Shown in pieces: positions 40,795 through 53,648 of a stretch of 64,000 nt of DNA. Under the pieces are notes generated by a model. The model had not been told where the DNA came from. It made no database searches and saw nothing but the letters and a program-made list of their open reading frames with translations. The DNA is taken from positions 1,925,892-1,989,891 of the forward strand of contig MU054049.1 of assembly GCA_013239625.1 (NCBI GenBank), written 5' to 3'. A program made the position numbers and the translations under genes. Position 1 is the first letter of the stretch. Each line of letters starts with the position of its first letter. The stretch comes from Lama guanicoe. Lineage: Eukaryota.

Positions 40795-40955
40795 TATATT
40801 ATATATATTTATATATGTATATGTATGTGTGTTTTAAAAAAAAATTTTTTTTGGCGACTAGAAGTAATGGAAGTGTTTAATGGAGATACTGGGGATTGAA
40901 CCCAGGACCTCGTACATGCTAGGCATGCACTCTACCACTGAGCCATACCCTCCCC
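40795..40955 (-). mobile_element. tRNA-derived SINE (Vic-1-like)
   Basis: GGGGATTGAACCCAGGACCTCGTACATGCTAGGCATGCACTCTACCACTGAGCCATACCC; approximate duplication TTGTATTT(T/A)TATT. Confidence 0.9.
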
Positions 40956-41800
40956 TTGTATTTATATTCTTAATATTTGTTCTTTACTCCAGTTTTTTTT
41001 ACTTTTTATATTACAGATAATTTTGAATATATGCTAAAGTAGACAAAATAGTACAGTGAACACCTATGAAGCATTATCCAAACTCAACAGCCATCAAGCA
41101 GCACCAGGACCAGTTGTGTCCTATCTCCTTCTTCACTCCCACATTGTTTTGAAACAAATCCCCAGCATATTGTTAAATACCAATTTGAAAGTGGAAGTTC
41201 TCTTAGAAGAGATAGCCTTTGTTTGTTGAAACCATCATAGTTATTAATTTTTTTGGAGAGAGTTGAATTGGTTTGCATTTTTGAAGTTAGGTTTTTTAAA
41301 TATTATATACAATTTTAATGTAATCAGTCTGATCTTTCAAATGGAGAGACAGCATTTAAAAAAAAATGGAAAGATAATAGGATTTCAGGCCAGACAGATC
41401 TGTGTAGTTTCAAAGCCTAGTTTCATTACTTACTGTTCTGGGATCTTAGAAAAGTTTCTCTGCATTCTGCCTTCAAGGGTTATTGAGAGGTGATTAGAGT
41501 AGTTAAGGGCCCAGATAAATGGAGGTTTGTTGCCCAGTCATATTCCAAAGAATCTTGCCAGTTTGCAGTGTCACCAGCAATATAAAGAAAATTAATAGTT
41601 TTAAAACCTTGTTACTAATGGGGGGAAAAGTGCTGAACTTAATTTATTAGAATATGTAACAAATAATGTGTAATCATTACTAATTTATGAGTAATCCTTT
41701 AGAAGTAATACAGATTTTTGTTATTGAGCATTAATTTAAGTGAGTGTTTAAATTAAATTAAATGAATTCTTTTACTATATGTTTTTGTAATTCCCTAATT

Positions 41801-42005
41801 TCCAGCAGTAGTCAGCTGTCGGGATAGAACCATTCCTGTGATGGTGTTACACTGCTGGGAGATAAATGTTCTGTCTTCTTCTCCAGCTGCCTCTGTCACT
41901 GTTCTGGTGACATCTGGCACTGGTGCAAGGCAGAGCTGTGCTTCCTTGAGAGTGTGCTAAGCATTCACTTTGGCTGCTTAGTTCTAGTCTGGGAGCAGAC
42001 ACAGA
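41801..42005 (+). ncRNA. SNORA74: H/ACA snoRNA of the SNORA74 (U19) family, SNORA74C-like, in TIMM23 intron 4
   Basis: Recognisable U19 motifs TCCAGC..GTCAGC..CCTGTGATGGTGTTACACTG; H box AGATAA 41860-41865; terminal ACA at about 41999-42003; guide pockets GUCA/GUUAC and GAGAGU/UAGU complementary to 28S helix 69 (GUAACUAUGACUCUC). Confidence 0.9.
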
Positions 42006-42504
42006 ATATGCTTTCTTCATGTATTCTAGTTAGATGACTTTTTCCTTCTCTTTGAGTATTTCTCTTTAATTTTGCTTTATATTCCATAATATTCTACATT
42101 TTGATTCTACTTAATATTCTAAGGATACCCCCCACCTCCAGCCAGGAAACTTAATTGTAAGCTAGTTTATCTGTTGTGATCTCATCTTTTTAACATAGAT
42201 CAGTTCCTGTGATCTTCTTTATAAAATACATTTCACGATGTCATTCAAACCTTTTATATATTTAGTTTTAGAATTTTCTTTACTCATTGCCCAAAGATAT
42301 TGAAGTTTTTAGCCTAACCTTCATTTATATTTATATAAAGTAAAAGCTATCCTTACTGAATTCTGAGGAGGTGTTAAGTTTTAAAATTAAGAAAACTTTG
42401 GGTACCTTGTTTATACATTTAAAATCACTGTAATTAACAGTTTTTCTAAATACTAGAGAAATAATGATTCTAAATACAGTTTCTTTTTCTTTCTTCCCTG
42501 CTAG

Positions 42505-42563
42505 GATCTTGAATATGGTGACGAGGCAAGGGGCACTTTGGGCTAATACTCTAGGTTCTCTGG
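42505..42563 (+). CDS. TIMM23: TIMM23 exon 5 (ILNMVTRQGALWANTLGSL)
   Basis: CTAG acceptor, GG|GTAAGT donor; 59 nt. Confidence 0.97.
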
Positions 42564-43443
42564 GTAAGTAGATATCTCACTTGATAATAAATCATTAAGG
42601 CAAAGAAAGAAGGTACACAAGTCATGAACAATTGGATCAACCAAAATTCTGGTCCCAGCAGGTTAAAAATTATCTTCACATCCACTCTGGGGTGAGTGGT
42701 GTAGGTACTACTTAGGAGAAGACCATAAACTATACAGCAAAATAATCCTGGGCACTAGTACCATTTTGAATACCATTTCTGAATGTTTTAAACACTCTGT
42801 TCTCTCCTATCCAAGCAAGACACCAAATAAAATTATATTTTAACTAAATGAAACCCAGATAATTTAGGTCCGAGACAGATGGTTTTGTGTGTTAGGAAAG
42901 GTTCAAGGTCCTGTAGTAAGATGTGATAGATTAATCCAGCCCTCCCAGTATGTTTTCCTAATGACCCATTCATCATTCTTAATTAGATTTCCCAGACTTA
43001 ATTGCCACAGTTGCGGTAGGGCCTTTGTAGATACTGAAAACATTTGCAGTTTAAAGCAAGGGATAACACAGTCCTTAGTCAGGACCGCTTACTTTGATAC
43101 TGTATTTTATATGAGTCATTGACTCTTCTGATTACTTCTGACCCTACTTGTGGCACGTATGCCCTAATCCAAAGTTTATTTGAAAGTCTGAAAATCTTAA
43201 CTGTGGCAAATTAAGTAAGGGAAGATGTAGGCATCTCATTGAAAAGCTAGGAAGAACCTCTGTATGACAGAGTAAGATCTTAGCCTTGACATGGGCTGTG
43301 GAAGCAGTGCATGTTCACACTGTGAAGTCAGATTCACATTTGGGATCCTAATAAATGGCTGCTTTCTTATGCTGCCCGTGACCCCAGTGCCCCCGCCACC
43401 ATACACAGTAACCTTCTTGGTGTCTGTGTCATTGTTTACTTTC

Positions 43444-43553
43444 CTAAAGTAATCAGTCTTCCTGGTCTGCCTGGGACTTTCTCAGTTTTAGCACCTCAAG
43501 ACCATGCTCCAGGAAACCCTCAGTTCTGGGCAAATTGGGTGGCTAGTCACCTG
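43444..43553. mobile_element. MER81-like hAT-Blackjack relic
   Basis: CCTGGGACTTTCTCAGTTTTAGCAC...GGAAACCCTCAGT..GGGCAAA..GTCACC. Confidence 0.7.
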
Positions 43554-44545
43554 GTATGTTTCCATTGTACTATGACCAGTCACAGTGTTCTGCTCAAGTT
43601 CAGTTTCAGTTAAATAAATTGAAACAGAAAGAATAGCTTTTATAGAAGTACAAAAACATAACAACAGAGGAGTTGTAAGGCTGAGTTTAGTGTAATTTTG
43701 AGGGATCAGATGTTATAATTTTGAGAAAGGGTAAGGAAAAGGGTTAATACATTCATGGCTAATGGGTATCTTTACAGGCATCAAAGAATGGTGGTTGGTT
43801 GGGGGCAGGGGGAGGTCTTGTTAAAACTAAATAGTACCTTTCAGCGACTGTGAAGTTAGAGAGATCCCGGCCAGACAAGGACATAAGATCTAATTGTCCT
43901 CCCAGCCCTTGGACCCTCCCCCAAATCTCCTTGATAAAATTATTTGACACTCCCCCCCCCCAAAAAAAACTAAATAGTGCTAGTGTTAGGATTTTTACAT
44001 ATGCAAGAACCAGATCTCACTTTTCTTGAATTATATATTCAAGAATGTATATTAAATGTGAGTTATATTTAGTTATAGGTTTCTTAGAATAGAAATACAT
44101 ACGGGTTTTTTTTTTGTTGTTTCTAAATCCAGAAAGTACAGTTGTTATGGATAAAATGGAAGTGAAAATAAAGATATTCCTCCTGGGACTTCCCAGTGGT
44201 ACTTTCCATAAATAGCTAGTATAAATTTCTTCTGAATCTTTCCAAACATTTTCATACACACACGTGCCTGCTTTATGTTAGTGAATAGAGGACCTCCTGC
44301 TTTTTGTTTTAAGTCAGTACATAGTATTCCATTATATGGAAAGTCTCCTGGATCGTTCCCCTTTTGAAGCTCATTTTATTTGTTGCTAGGCTTGTGTTAC
44401 TACAAAAAGTGTTCCAGGGATCATTGTGTATATGTCTTTGAATACTTGCAGAGTGATGTCTATAGAATACATTTATCTAAATATAATCGCCATTCTGAGT
44501 TTCAGTTCACTTTTTTAATGCTGTTCAGTTCCATTTCCCCTGTAG

Positions 44546-44656
44546 CTTTGCTCTATAGTGCATTTGGTGTCATCATCGAGAAAACACGAGGTGCAGAAGA
44601 TGACCTCAACACAGTAGCAGCTGGAACCATGACAGGCATGTTGTATAAATGTACAG
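44546..44656 (+). CDS. TIMM23: TIMM23 exon 6 (ALLYSAFGVIIEKTRGAEDDLNTVAAGTMTGMLYKCT)
   Basis: TGTAG acceptor, CAG|GTAGGT donor; 111 nt. Confidence 0.97.
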
Positions 44657-44814
44657 GTAGGTACTGTTGAATGGTGGAGCTGTCTCTTAATACAGTTGAA
44701 GTGTGCTTTTTACCCATAGTTTTAAAAGGAAACTATACATTTTTTTTTACAGTATAATCTAATGTTCTCTGACATCTTGTGGTTTGGGGGTTTGTTTTTT
44801 TATTTTGTTTTTCA

Positions 44815-45285
44815 ATTTTTGTAAAATACACATAAGAAAATTGACCATCCAAACCATTTTCTAAGTGTACAGTTCAGTAATGTTACTGTATTTACATTGT
44901 TGTGCAGCTGATCTCCAGAACTTCTCTTCATCTTGCAAAACTGAAACCCTTTACCCATTTAAAAACGACAGGTCCGCATTTCCCCCTTCTACATAGCCCC
45001 TGGCAGCCACCATTCTGCTTTCTATTTCTGTGAATTGACTAGGTACTTCATGTAAGTGAAGTCTTGCAGTATTTTTCTTCTTGTGATTGGCTTATTTCAT
45101 TTAGCATAATGTCATCAAGGTTAATCCATGTTGTAGTATGTGTCAGAATTTCCTTCCGTTTTAAAGCTGAATAATACTCCATTGTACACATATACCACAT
45201 TTTGTTTATCCATTCATCTGTCAACAGACACGGGTTGCTTCCACTTTTGGGAGCCGGGCATAATGCTCTTATGAACATGGATGGA
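44815..45285 (-). mobile_element. L1MA-type 3' end
   Basis: DEWINKMWYMCTMEYYSALKRKEIL remnant. Confidence 0.88.
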
Positions 45286-46049
45286 CTAAATACCATTCCA
45301 CTTAACAAAAAAAAAAAAAAGAATCAAAACCCTCAGAGTTGAATCAGAGTTACCTGGGTGAAGATCAAATCTCAAAATCTCTTCTAAGATGAAAAAGAAA
45401 TTAACATTCACTGAGTTATGATTATACAGTCAGCAATAAGCACTTCATATAACTTGTTTCACTTAAAACTCTGTGAACTGATAATCATCACACCCTGATT
45501 TTATAGATGAACACAGTGTTAATATGATCTTTTTCATAAGGTCATATAACTAGCGATAGTCCCAAATTTTTCATCATATTTCTGTTTTAAATTGCCTAAA
45601 TTACATACATTTTATACTCGGGCCTCTGTACTTTTGTTTGGTTTATTATGCTTCAGACGTTTGATTGAGTAATTTTGTTTTTATATAATTCCTCCATCAC
45701 AAATATCAGGTAGCATTTTTGTTTCATTTTACTAGAAAGAAATAAGAGAGAAGTCTCAACGAGATTATAAAATCCAAAGTTTCCTGATATACCTGAAAGT
45801 AAGAGGTTTTCTTTATATTGAAAATGGATTACATGTGGAATTCTATCCATAAGACCTCACAATACTTTTTGCAACATGTGCATGTGTTTTACATACATAA
45901 CCAGAGCTCCCAGATAAAGTAAGACAGTAAATACCTTTTATGTCCATAAAAATATGACCTTGGCATACAAAAAAAAAAGTTTGTTATAAACCTAAAAATA
46001 CTTTCACATTGAAAATCTTTAGGTCAAAGGAATTTAAAACCTTAATTGG

Positions 46050-46350
46050 CACCACAAGGGTGGCACTCAGCAAGTTTAGTTGACCCAAACCATGTTTACA
46101 AAAGATCAAGTTAAAATTTGAAAAACAAGAGATTTACACAAAAAACTGGAATTTCAGCTTCTTTTGAACAAATGGAAGGCACTAAGGTTACATTATGCTT
46201 GGTAGCAAGTGGCCAAAGCTGAGTTGGGGGAGCTGCTCCCCCCCACCGCTGTGGATGGGTGCTGAAGCTTCAGCTCAGTCCCCACCAATCTGTTTTCTTA
46301 CTCAAGGTGAGCCATTTCGCATTTCCTGTGTTAAGGGTCGCCCTGAATGT
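46050..46350. mobile_element. MER102-like hAT relic
   Basis: GAGATTTACACAAAAAACTGGAATTTCAGCTTCTTTTGAA...AGCTGAGT. Confidence 0.55.
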
Positions 46351-47442
46351 AAGAGTGTATTCAATTATCATCTAATTTAAGACATATTACATACATTTTA
46401 AAGATGGAAAGGGAGAGGCTGAATACTTGATAGTGTCAAAAGAATAGGGAGCCTAGCTTTCTGAGTCAAGTGCTTCCTTGCAGTAGTAACATTTGTAACA
46501 CAGCCTGGGACACCTCCAGCATAAATCATGGACGAATAGTCTCTTGGCTCAAAAGAGAAAAAGCAAAAAAGAATGTCCGCTAATTCTGTGTCAGGTGACA
46601 AGTAGATTTCAGCTTCCATTTCAGTGGTGGAACATAGAAGAGGTCAGTAATCTGCTGACCCAGAATTCCGACATGGGTTCATAGTTCCTGGCTGAACAGT
46701 TTAACTCAGCACATCAGAATTGCTCTGACAAAGGTAAATCAGTGTCTTTTATTGATTTCTGGTTTAGACTATACTTAAGACAGAGCCAGAATTATGAATT
46801 TTGTGTGGCAGGAATACATATATAAAGCTTCCAGATACAAGGATTTGGAAAAGAATTTAGGTATTCTTTTCGTCTGGAGTCAGCATAAACCGTTAGGAAA
46901 AGAAGTTTACATTCAGGGAAGGGTTAATTTCTGCTGACATAAAATCTTTCCAATCTCCAATGTACTCTTCTAAAATAGGAATTATTTTTTAAGGAAGGAG
47001 TTAAGAATGAAAGCAGTATGACTCAATTTAGGTATAGAAGCTACTTTTGCAGAAAGAAAATTATGAGGAAAAATACATGAGAAAGTGGGTAATTGTCAGA
47101 CCAGAAAGAGACTACAGGAATAGTTGGGATGATACAATTTTAGTTCAGATCTAACGCTTTATTTAATGAACTGTGTGGATATTTTTCAGAGGGTGTGAAA
47201 TGTCGTTATTAGGTTTCCTGTGCCATATGAAAGTCTGTTTAATAATGACCAGTATTCTGTCAGAATGAGAATAGCTGTGTTTTTGCTGTCATTCATAAGC
47301 TTAGGAATGTTGAAGAGGCCTCATCACTTCAAGAAACAAGACCTCCAAAACCAAAAGATATGGGTGCCTCTTACCCCCTTGCGAAAAATTCCTGAGCTGT
47401 TAACCCTATGCCTTCCATAAGAAAGTCACCTTATAAAAGCAA

Positions 47443-47605
47443 ACTAAACTACTATATATAAAATAGATAAACAACAAGGTCCTACTGTATAGTATAGGTA
47501 ACTATATTCAAATATCTTGTGTAGCCTATAATGAAAAAGAATATATGTATATATCTGAATCACTGTGCTATACCCCAGAAATGAATATATTATAAACTAT
47601 CCTTC
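47443..47605 (+). mobile_element. Short L1 3' terminus
   Basis: AAATAGATAAACAACAAGGTCCTACTGTATAG...GAATCACTGTGCTATACC. Confidence 0.85.
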
Positions 47606-49324
47606 TTATTGTTAAAAGGTGCTGCTTATCAATGAATGCCAGGCCTTTAAAATTAAGCTTCATATGCTACAAACGGCCTCCTGATGACTTCTTTATTACT
47701 GACATCAACATTCTTTCAGTAAATAAAAATTCATTTAACATATATAAGAGGCAGAGAGCTGATGGCCAAAATATTTAAAACATTTCATCCAACCACTCAA
47801 ACTAATAACTCAATAAAAACATTGAGTAAAGACATGACATAGCCCTTCAGGAAAAAATACACATGACCCCCCCCCCAAACAATAGAAGTTGCTCACAAGC
47901 AACGAGGAAAAAGCAAAATAAACATTTTTAATGTGTAGGTCCTTTGCTCAAGGCATCTAATTTTCAGTAATTTATCCTGCAGCCCCCTAAGCCATGCATA
48001 CAAAGCTGTATGTACCAAGGTGTTTAAGACACCCTTCAAGGAGAAGGTGGTATTTGAACAGAGATGGACAGATGAGGTGCATGTGAGGTGGATGTCTGCA
48101 GGGAGGGTTTAGGTCCGGTAACAACAAGAACAAAGGCCCTGAAGTGGGAGTTAAAAGGCAGTAGGAGAATAGGAGGATCTGCAGTCATAAAAGTGGCAAG
48201 GGACCAAATTCTACAGACGATAGAGCTTCATAGCCACTGTGAAGATTTGGCTTAACTGGACTTTGATTAATTCTTACCATCTAAATACTAATATTTCCAT
48301 TTATTTATAAGCCTTAAATTGTTTATTGCAACTTCTGGAGAGTTAAACTTCCAGCCTTCTCCTGAGTATAGAGTCTATATCAGGAGATGTTAAGTCAGGG
48401 TTTCTAAATTCCCTGAAACTTTCATAAGGTTCTCAAAGGGGTTTGGGACACTCTACCACCTGCAGATAAACAACCACCAAGAAACTATGAATCTGGCAAA
48501 AAATAGTCCTAAAAGGACACAGCAATGTGGAGGTCAAAAACAACTGAGATTTAGCGTGTTAAGTCTTGCATGGAAGCGCTGGGATTGCAGGGACAGGCTG
48601 GTGGATGGCGCAGATACGAGGAAAGCCCAGGAAATCTAGCTGCTGTGCAGTGCAAAGTCTCACATCCTGCCTCCACCCTATTACAAAGCTCAGAAAAAAG
48701 CCAAGAAGCAGGAAACAGCCTTCTAGTGACCTGATCACCTTTGATTTCTACCTTTCTCTCACCATCCACTCATTCCATCATTTGTGACGTTTACCGCCTG
48801 TCACCTGAGTTGAGGCTCTTACCACAAGCCCTTAACTTCTCTAAGTGTCTTTCATTGACCATTTTGACATTAGGCTTCTGTCTCCAGTTTCTAACCTACT
48901 TACTGTTTCTAGCTTAATCTTCCTCGAGGGTGGTCCTAATGCTGATACTCCCTATGCAGGAGCCTTTGATGATGACCCACTACCTTTCAACCTGAATTCA
49001 AACTTCTCACCGTAGCCTTCCATGTTCTAGTTTTAACCTGTCTTTCCAGCCTTTTGTCTCACAGCTTCCTTATGCACATCAGATGACCAAACAGATGAAT
49101 TTAAAACACAGTCCATCCTTAAGGCCCAGCTCAACTGTTAACTGCCCCTTGAAAGACATTTCCCTGTCTCCTTTCTCTCTCCTGGAGGCAGTTTGGTATG
49201 GCGGGAAATACAGTGGGCTTTGGAGTGAGACTGGGATTGATTAGCGCTGGATCCCTGAATAGATGTGTAAACAAGAGAGTGACTTGTCTGAATTTCAATT
49301 TGCCTATAAAACAAGAGTGACTCT

Positions 49325-49538
49325 GTAAATTGCCTTGGGCAGTATGACCATTTTAACAATATTGATTCTTCCAATCCAGGAGTATGGGATATCCTTTCCA
49401 TTTTTTTAAGTCTTCTTTATTTCCTTAATCTATGTCTTATAGTTCTCCATGTATAAGTCTTTCACCTCCTTGGTTAGATTTATTCCTAGGTATTTTATTA
49501 CTTTGGGTGCTATTTTAAAGGGGATTGTTTCTTTACTT
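49325..49538 (-). mobile_element. Internal L1 ORF2 fragment between 18-bp direct repeats, inserted in a MIR-like element
   Basis: TTGCCTTGGGCAGTATGACCATTTTAACAATATTGATTCTTCCAATCC; TAAAACAAGAGTGACTCT on both sides. Confidence 0.9.
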
Positions 49539-49949
49539 TAAAACAAGAGTGACTCTTCCCTTCATAGACTCGTAGACTCGTAAATGAGATGACCTAGACA
49601 AAACAGCCTACATGAACCTTCTGCCATAGCACATTTTGTATAGTTCTTACAAGACTTGACATAATTTTCCTAGTAGGAAGTCAGTAGACAAATACCTAGG
49701 ATTGAAACATCAAGAATAGCAAGATAATCATGTTATTTAGAAACATGCAGGTAAAAAGCAAAGAATTAAAGTAGTTGCCTTTGGGAACTGGAATTAGGGT
49801 AAGGATGATGAGAACACCAGACTGTTGTGTGACACTAAAATCTCTTGGTACTGGCTTGACTTTTTAAATTACGTATGTGGACTGTGATAAAAATAAAAAT
49901 TAAAGAAAAGCGAGCAAATATGTATCGACATAGTAAATTAGGCATTAGA

Positions 49950-50125
49950 TAGGGAAGAGGAGTAGAGAATTATTGTTTTATCGGTACAGGGTTTCAGTTT
50001 TGCAGGGAAGTTCTCTGGAGATGGATGATGGTAGCACATTGACAGTGTACTTAAGGCTACTGAGCTGCACACTTAATAATGGTAAATTTTATGTTCTATG
50101 TATTTTACCACGATTTAAAAAAATA
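49950..50125 (+). mobile_element. L1MB-type 3' end
   Basis: GGTACAGGGTTTCAGTTT..GTTCTCTGGAGATGGATGATGG..GGTAAATTTTATG. Confidence 0.7.
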
Positions 50126-53029
50126 ATTTTAACAGAAGTTTTTAAAGTTAAATAGTGCAAAAATTTGAATAGAAATTTGTAACCATCTCAGTGTGTAGGT
50201 AAGGCAAGGGCCACATACTCCTTCTGGCCAGATGCCTGTCTGTTCACTGTTTGCAGGCTTAGAATGTGTTCTACATTTTAAAATATTTAACATTTAAAAT
50301 TGTTATAATAAGTACCTACATAGCCTTTGTACCATCAAAGCCTAAAATATTTACTTTCTGGGTGTTTGAGAAGAAATGTGCTGATCCCCTGTTAGCTCAC
50401 TGGGCTAGCTCTGCTGCTCACCAGCTCTGTACCTCACAAACCAGGCACTTCAACATTCTGGGCCCCATTCTCCCACGTTTAGAAGAGGTGATGTTTGCCC
50501 TTTCTGGAAGAATTGTATAAGGATCCAAAAGATCGGGATAAAACTGACACACAAGGCTCATGTTTGTTGTGCTTTGTAGAGGTTAACCATTGGCCTTACT
50601 TGGTTACTCAGTGTTCAGAGCAAGTATATTTGCTGATCAGCTTCCTGATGAGCAAAAGTCGTTTTATTAAAGAAGGCTTAAAGCCGAGTCCCTCAAACTT
50701 CTAACAGATCAACCAGTTGGAAAACCATGAAATTAATGGAAAGAATTTAAACTGAAACATGTAATTAAAAGGCAACCCTTGAGTCAGGATTACTGTGCTT
50801 ATTAGTAAATCAAACACTGCATGTGTTTGGTGTCTTCTTGCTGGAAACAGCTTTTTTCTAGCCTTCAAAGAAGTATCTTAATTGATTTGAACTGTTTGCT
50901 TCATTTTGGTCAGAAAGTAGAAAGCTTCTAGGGAATAAATTGTTCTTAAGGGGCACTTAGTATGCCACTGATGTCCAGAGATCTTACATCCTTACAGTTC
51001 CCAGTTTCATTGTTACTCCTGGTGCCTGTGTCCACGGAGGCTTGTTATTTGATAGATGAGAAGTAGTGGAAAATCCTTCTAAGAGGGCCACATAGAAATC
51101 ATGTTCTTAGGACACTCAAAGCAAAGGGCCAACTGAAAGGGACACCTTGCAGCGGGTAGACTTCAGCCTCCTGTGGATCTGTAGTCAACTAAAGGTCCTG
51201 GGAAGTTGGTCTGAAGTTGAATGTTTGATAAAATTATTGTGCCTTCAATTACCTGCCCTCTATCCTTTTTCTAATAGCAATGAGGCCACCTTAGCTTTGC
51301 TTTGTTTTGTGTTGATTCAGAAGAGAGTATTTTATCTTTGTAACCTCCTTAAAGAACCCTCATTACCCTCAAAGTTTAGATCTAATAACAGCCATAGTGG
51401 TGGTGCTGTGGGTAACTTAGCATTTATTCTCCTGGGCTTCATAGTGCATTTTTTCCATTTTAGGAATTTGGTCTAATTATAGTTCACTTTCAGCCCCTAT
51501 AACTTTTATTTGGCTAACTGTTCAAAGACACAAAGTATATCTTTATTAAACTGAGCCGATTGTTTTTAGTTAGCAGGTTGAGTACACATTACTTTTATAA
51601 TTTTTCAACCATATTAAATACAGTTGCAAATTCAGTTGTCATGCTTAATGTAAGTATGGCAAGATATAAAGAGATGATGTGGGCTTCAAGGAGCTATCTC
51701 CCATTTACTTTACTTTTGTTTCTGATCCCCCTCCTGCATATTTGACAGCTGTTTATATATGATGCCTGCAGTTTCTGTTTGGGTCTGTTTGAGAGAGATA
51801 ATTAGGGGCACTTCATAGTGGAAGCTTAAGTGGGTCAGCTATCTTAAGTCTTCAGGCCAGAGAGGCTCCTAGAGGGAGTGGCCCTGTAATCTATCAGCTG
51901 AAGCCATCTGGCAGGACATTCATTGCAGAAATATTTGGGTTAAAGTGTTCTAACTCAGCAGCAGCATCACTGAATTACACAGAATTTACTGGCTCATAGC
52001 TAAGGGGCCTCAAATAAGGTATTAACACTGGACCTTTGCCTTCCTAACACATGACTTGGAACAGATACACCATAAGTACACTATAGGCCACCTTAAGCCT
52101 ATGATCATGACCCCTACTTGTTTGTGAAACTGTAAGAGAACATCAGGTATTTCTTAAAAGCGTCTTTGGGTACCCCCATTCCTCTTACTGGACTTGGGGG
52201 CTATTTTCAGATGACTGATTGAAACATTTGTTTTTGCACTTCAAATGAAATTATGTTGCTCATCTTTTTCCACATGAAAAATTGCTTTTTGTTGTTAAGC
52301 AAAAATGGTTAAAAGTAATCCTTGAATGTTTTTCAGCTAGTATGATGGTAAGTGCCTCATGGCTTATTAGTTGAAGGTTGTCTGACACATCGGGGGAGGA
52401 ACAGGGGAGCTGATGAAGCACCAGCTCAAAGCCTGATTGTAGCCACCTTATCACCACTTTGCCTTGAGTCTTCAAAGTTAATATTTAGAGGAAGAGGACC
52501 TGTGCAGAGTCCAAAGGCTGTTAGTACTGTTTCCAAAGAGGGTGTCACCTTGTTGATGTTACAACCTTAAATCGATTGCCAGTACCAGGAAAGTTCTAAA
52601 TTATGTGACTAGCAGGAAATTACTGATCTGGTGGGGACTTCAATAATAAGCATGAGATCTTGTCCAAAAGTGTTGTAGGATCAAGTCAGACTGAGAAAAA
52701 TCACAAAATCATACTGATGATCTTAGGTACAAATTGTGAAATTAAAAGTGAAAGCAAAAAGCTTGTGAATGTGAAGTTTATGTGTTAAACAGGTCATTTA
52801 GGAAATCTTTCTCTCCTGAACTTCTTGGAGAGGTTTGGTTTATATTACTTTTAAAACTTGGTTTCTATTATTACTTTTAAAACTTTTATTCTACTGATTG
52901 GGATGGAATCTTCGTAACATCAACATGAATGGTATGGGTCAGTTTTATGATACCCTTATTTAACCCTTTGATGCTAGGACAGTATGCAATACAAAACTAT
53001 TATTTTCTTTCCTTCCTTTCCTCTCCCAG

Positions 53030-53145
53030 GTGGTCTTCGAGGGGTAGCACGAGGCGGTCTAGCAGGACTGACACTCACGAGCCTCTATGCACTGTATAAC
53101 AACTGGGAGCACATGAAAGGCTCCTTGCTCCAGCAGTCACTCTGA
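53030..53145 (+). CDS. TIMM23: TIMM23 exon 7 coding part (GGLRGVARGGLAGLTLTSLYALYNNWEHMKGSLLQQSL*)
   Basis: CCCAG acceptor; TGA at 53143-53145; total CDS 630 nt = 209 aa plus stop. Confidence 0.97.
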
Positions 53146-53513
53146 AGATTTCGCTAGCTTATGAATGGAGGACACTTTAGTAGTCATCCAGATCAATTAA
53201 TAAGTCAGTCTGGAGTCATTTACTCTTCTGCCTACAATTAGTTTGAGAAATTGGAGATTCCATTTTGCTGTGATGAAGATCATGGGCGGTTGACCAGGAC
53301 TGGCACTCCTTCCAGCCATTAATGAGTTGAAGCCAAAACCCTTCGGTGGCTGAGTAATGTGGTTCTCTTCTCCTTTGAAGAAGATTCATGCACCTCCTAC
53401 CCCGTGAACTGGAAAACCACTTACTCCCAAAATTCAGGTCACGCTTGTCAATACTGTTATCACCGTGTTTGTTCATTTAATGATCCAGGACTGTAATATT
53501 GCCCTGTATTCTG

Positions 53514-53648
53514 AATAAAGGGTGAAAATAGAACCAAAGTCATAACTCCAACACAAATATGGTGGATGTCTCCATTTAAACCCATCTTTCTGGGTTAAAG
53601 TGGAAGTTATTCTTGGCATTTGTTTTTGCCCCACTAGGCTGAAATAAA
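53514..53648 (+). terminator. TIMM23: TIMM23 polyadenylation signals (AATAAA at 53514-53519 and 53643-53648)
   Basis: Canonical hexamers after the stop; the distal one is followed by a U/GU-rich tract. Confidence 0.7.

Noticed and set aside
43789..43816. G-rich stretch with G-quadruplex potential
   Set aside because: Only two long G-runs, deep in an intron, with no other support.
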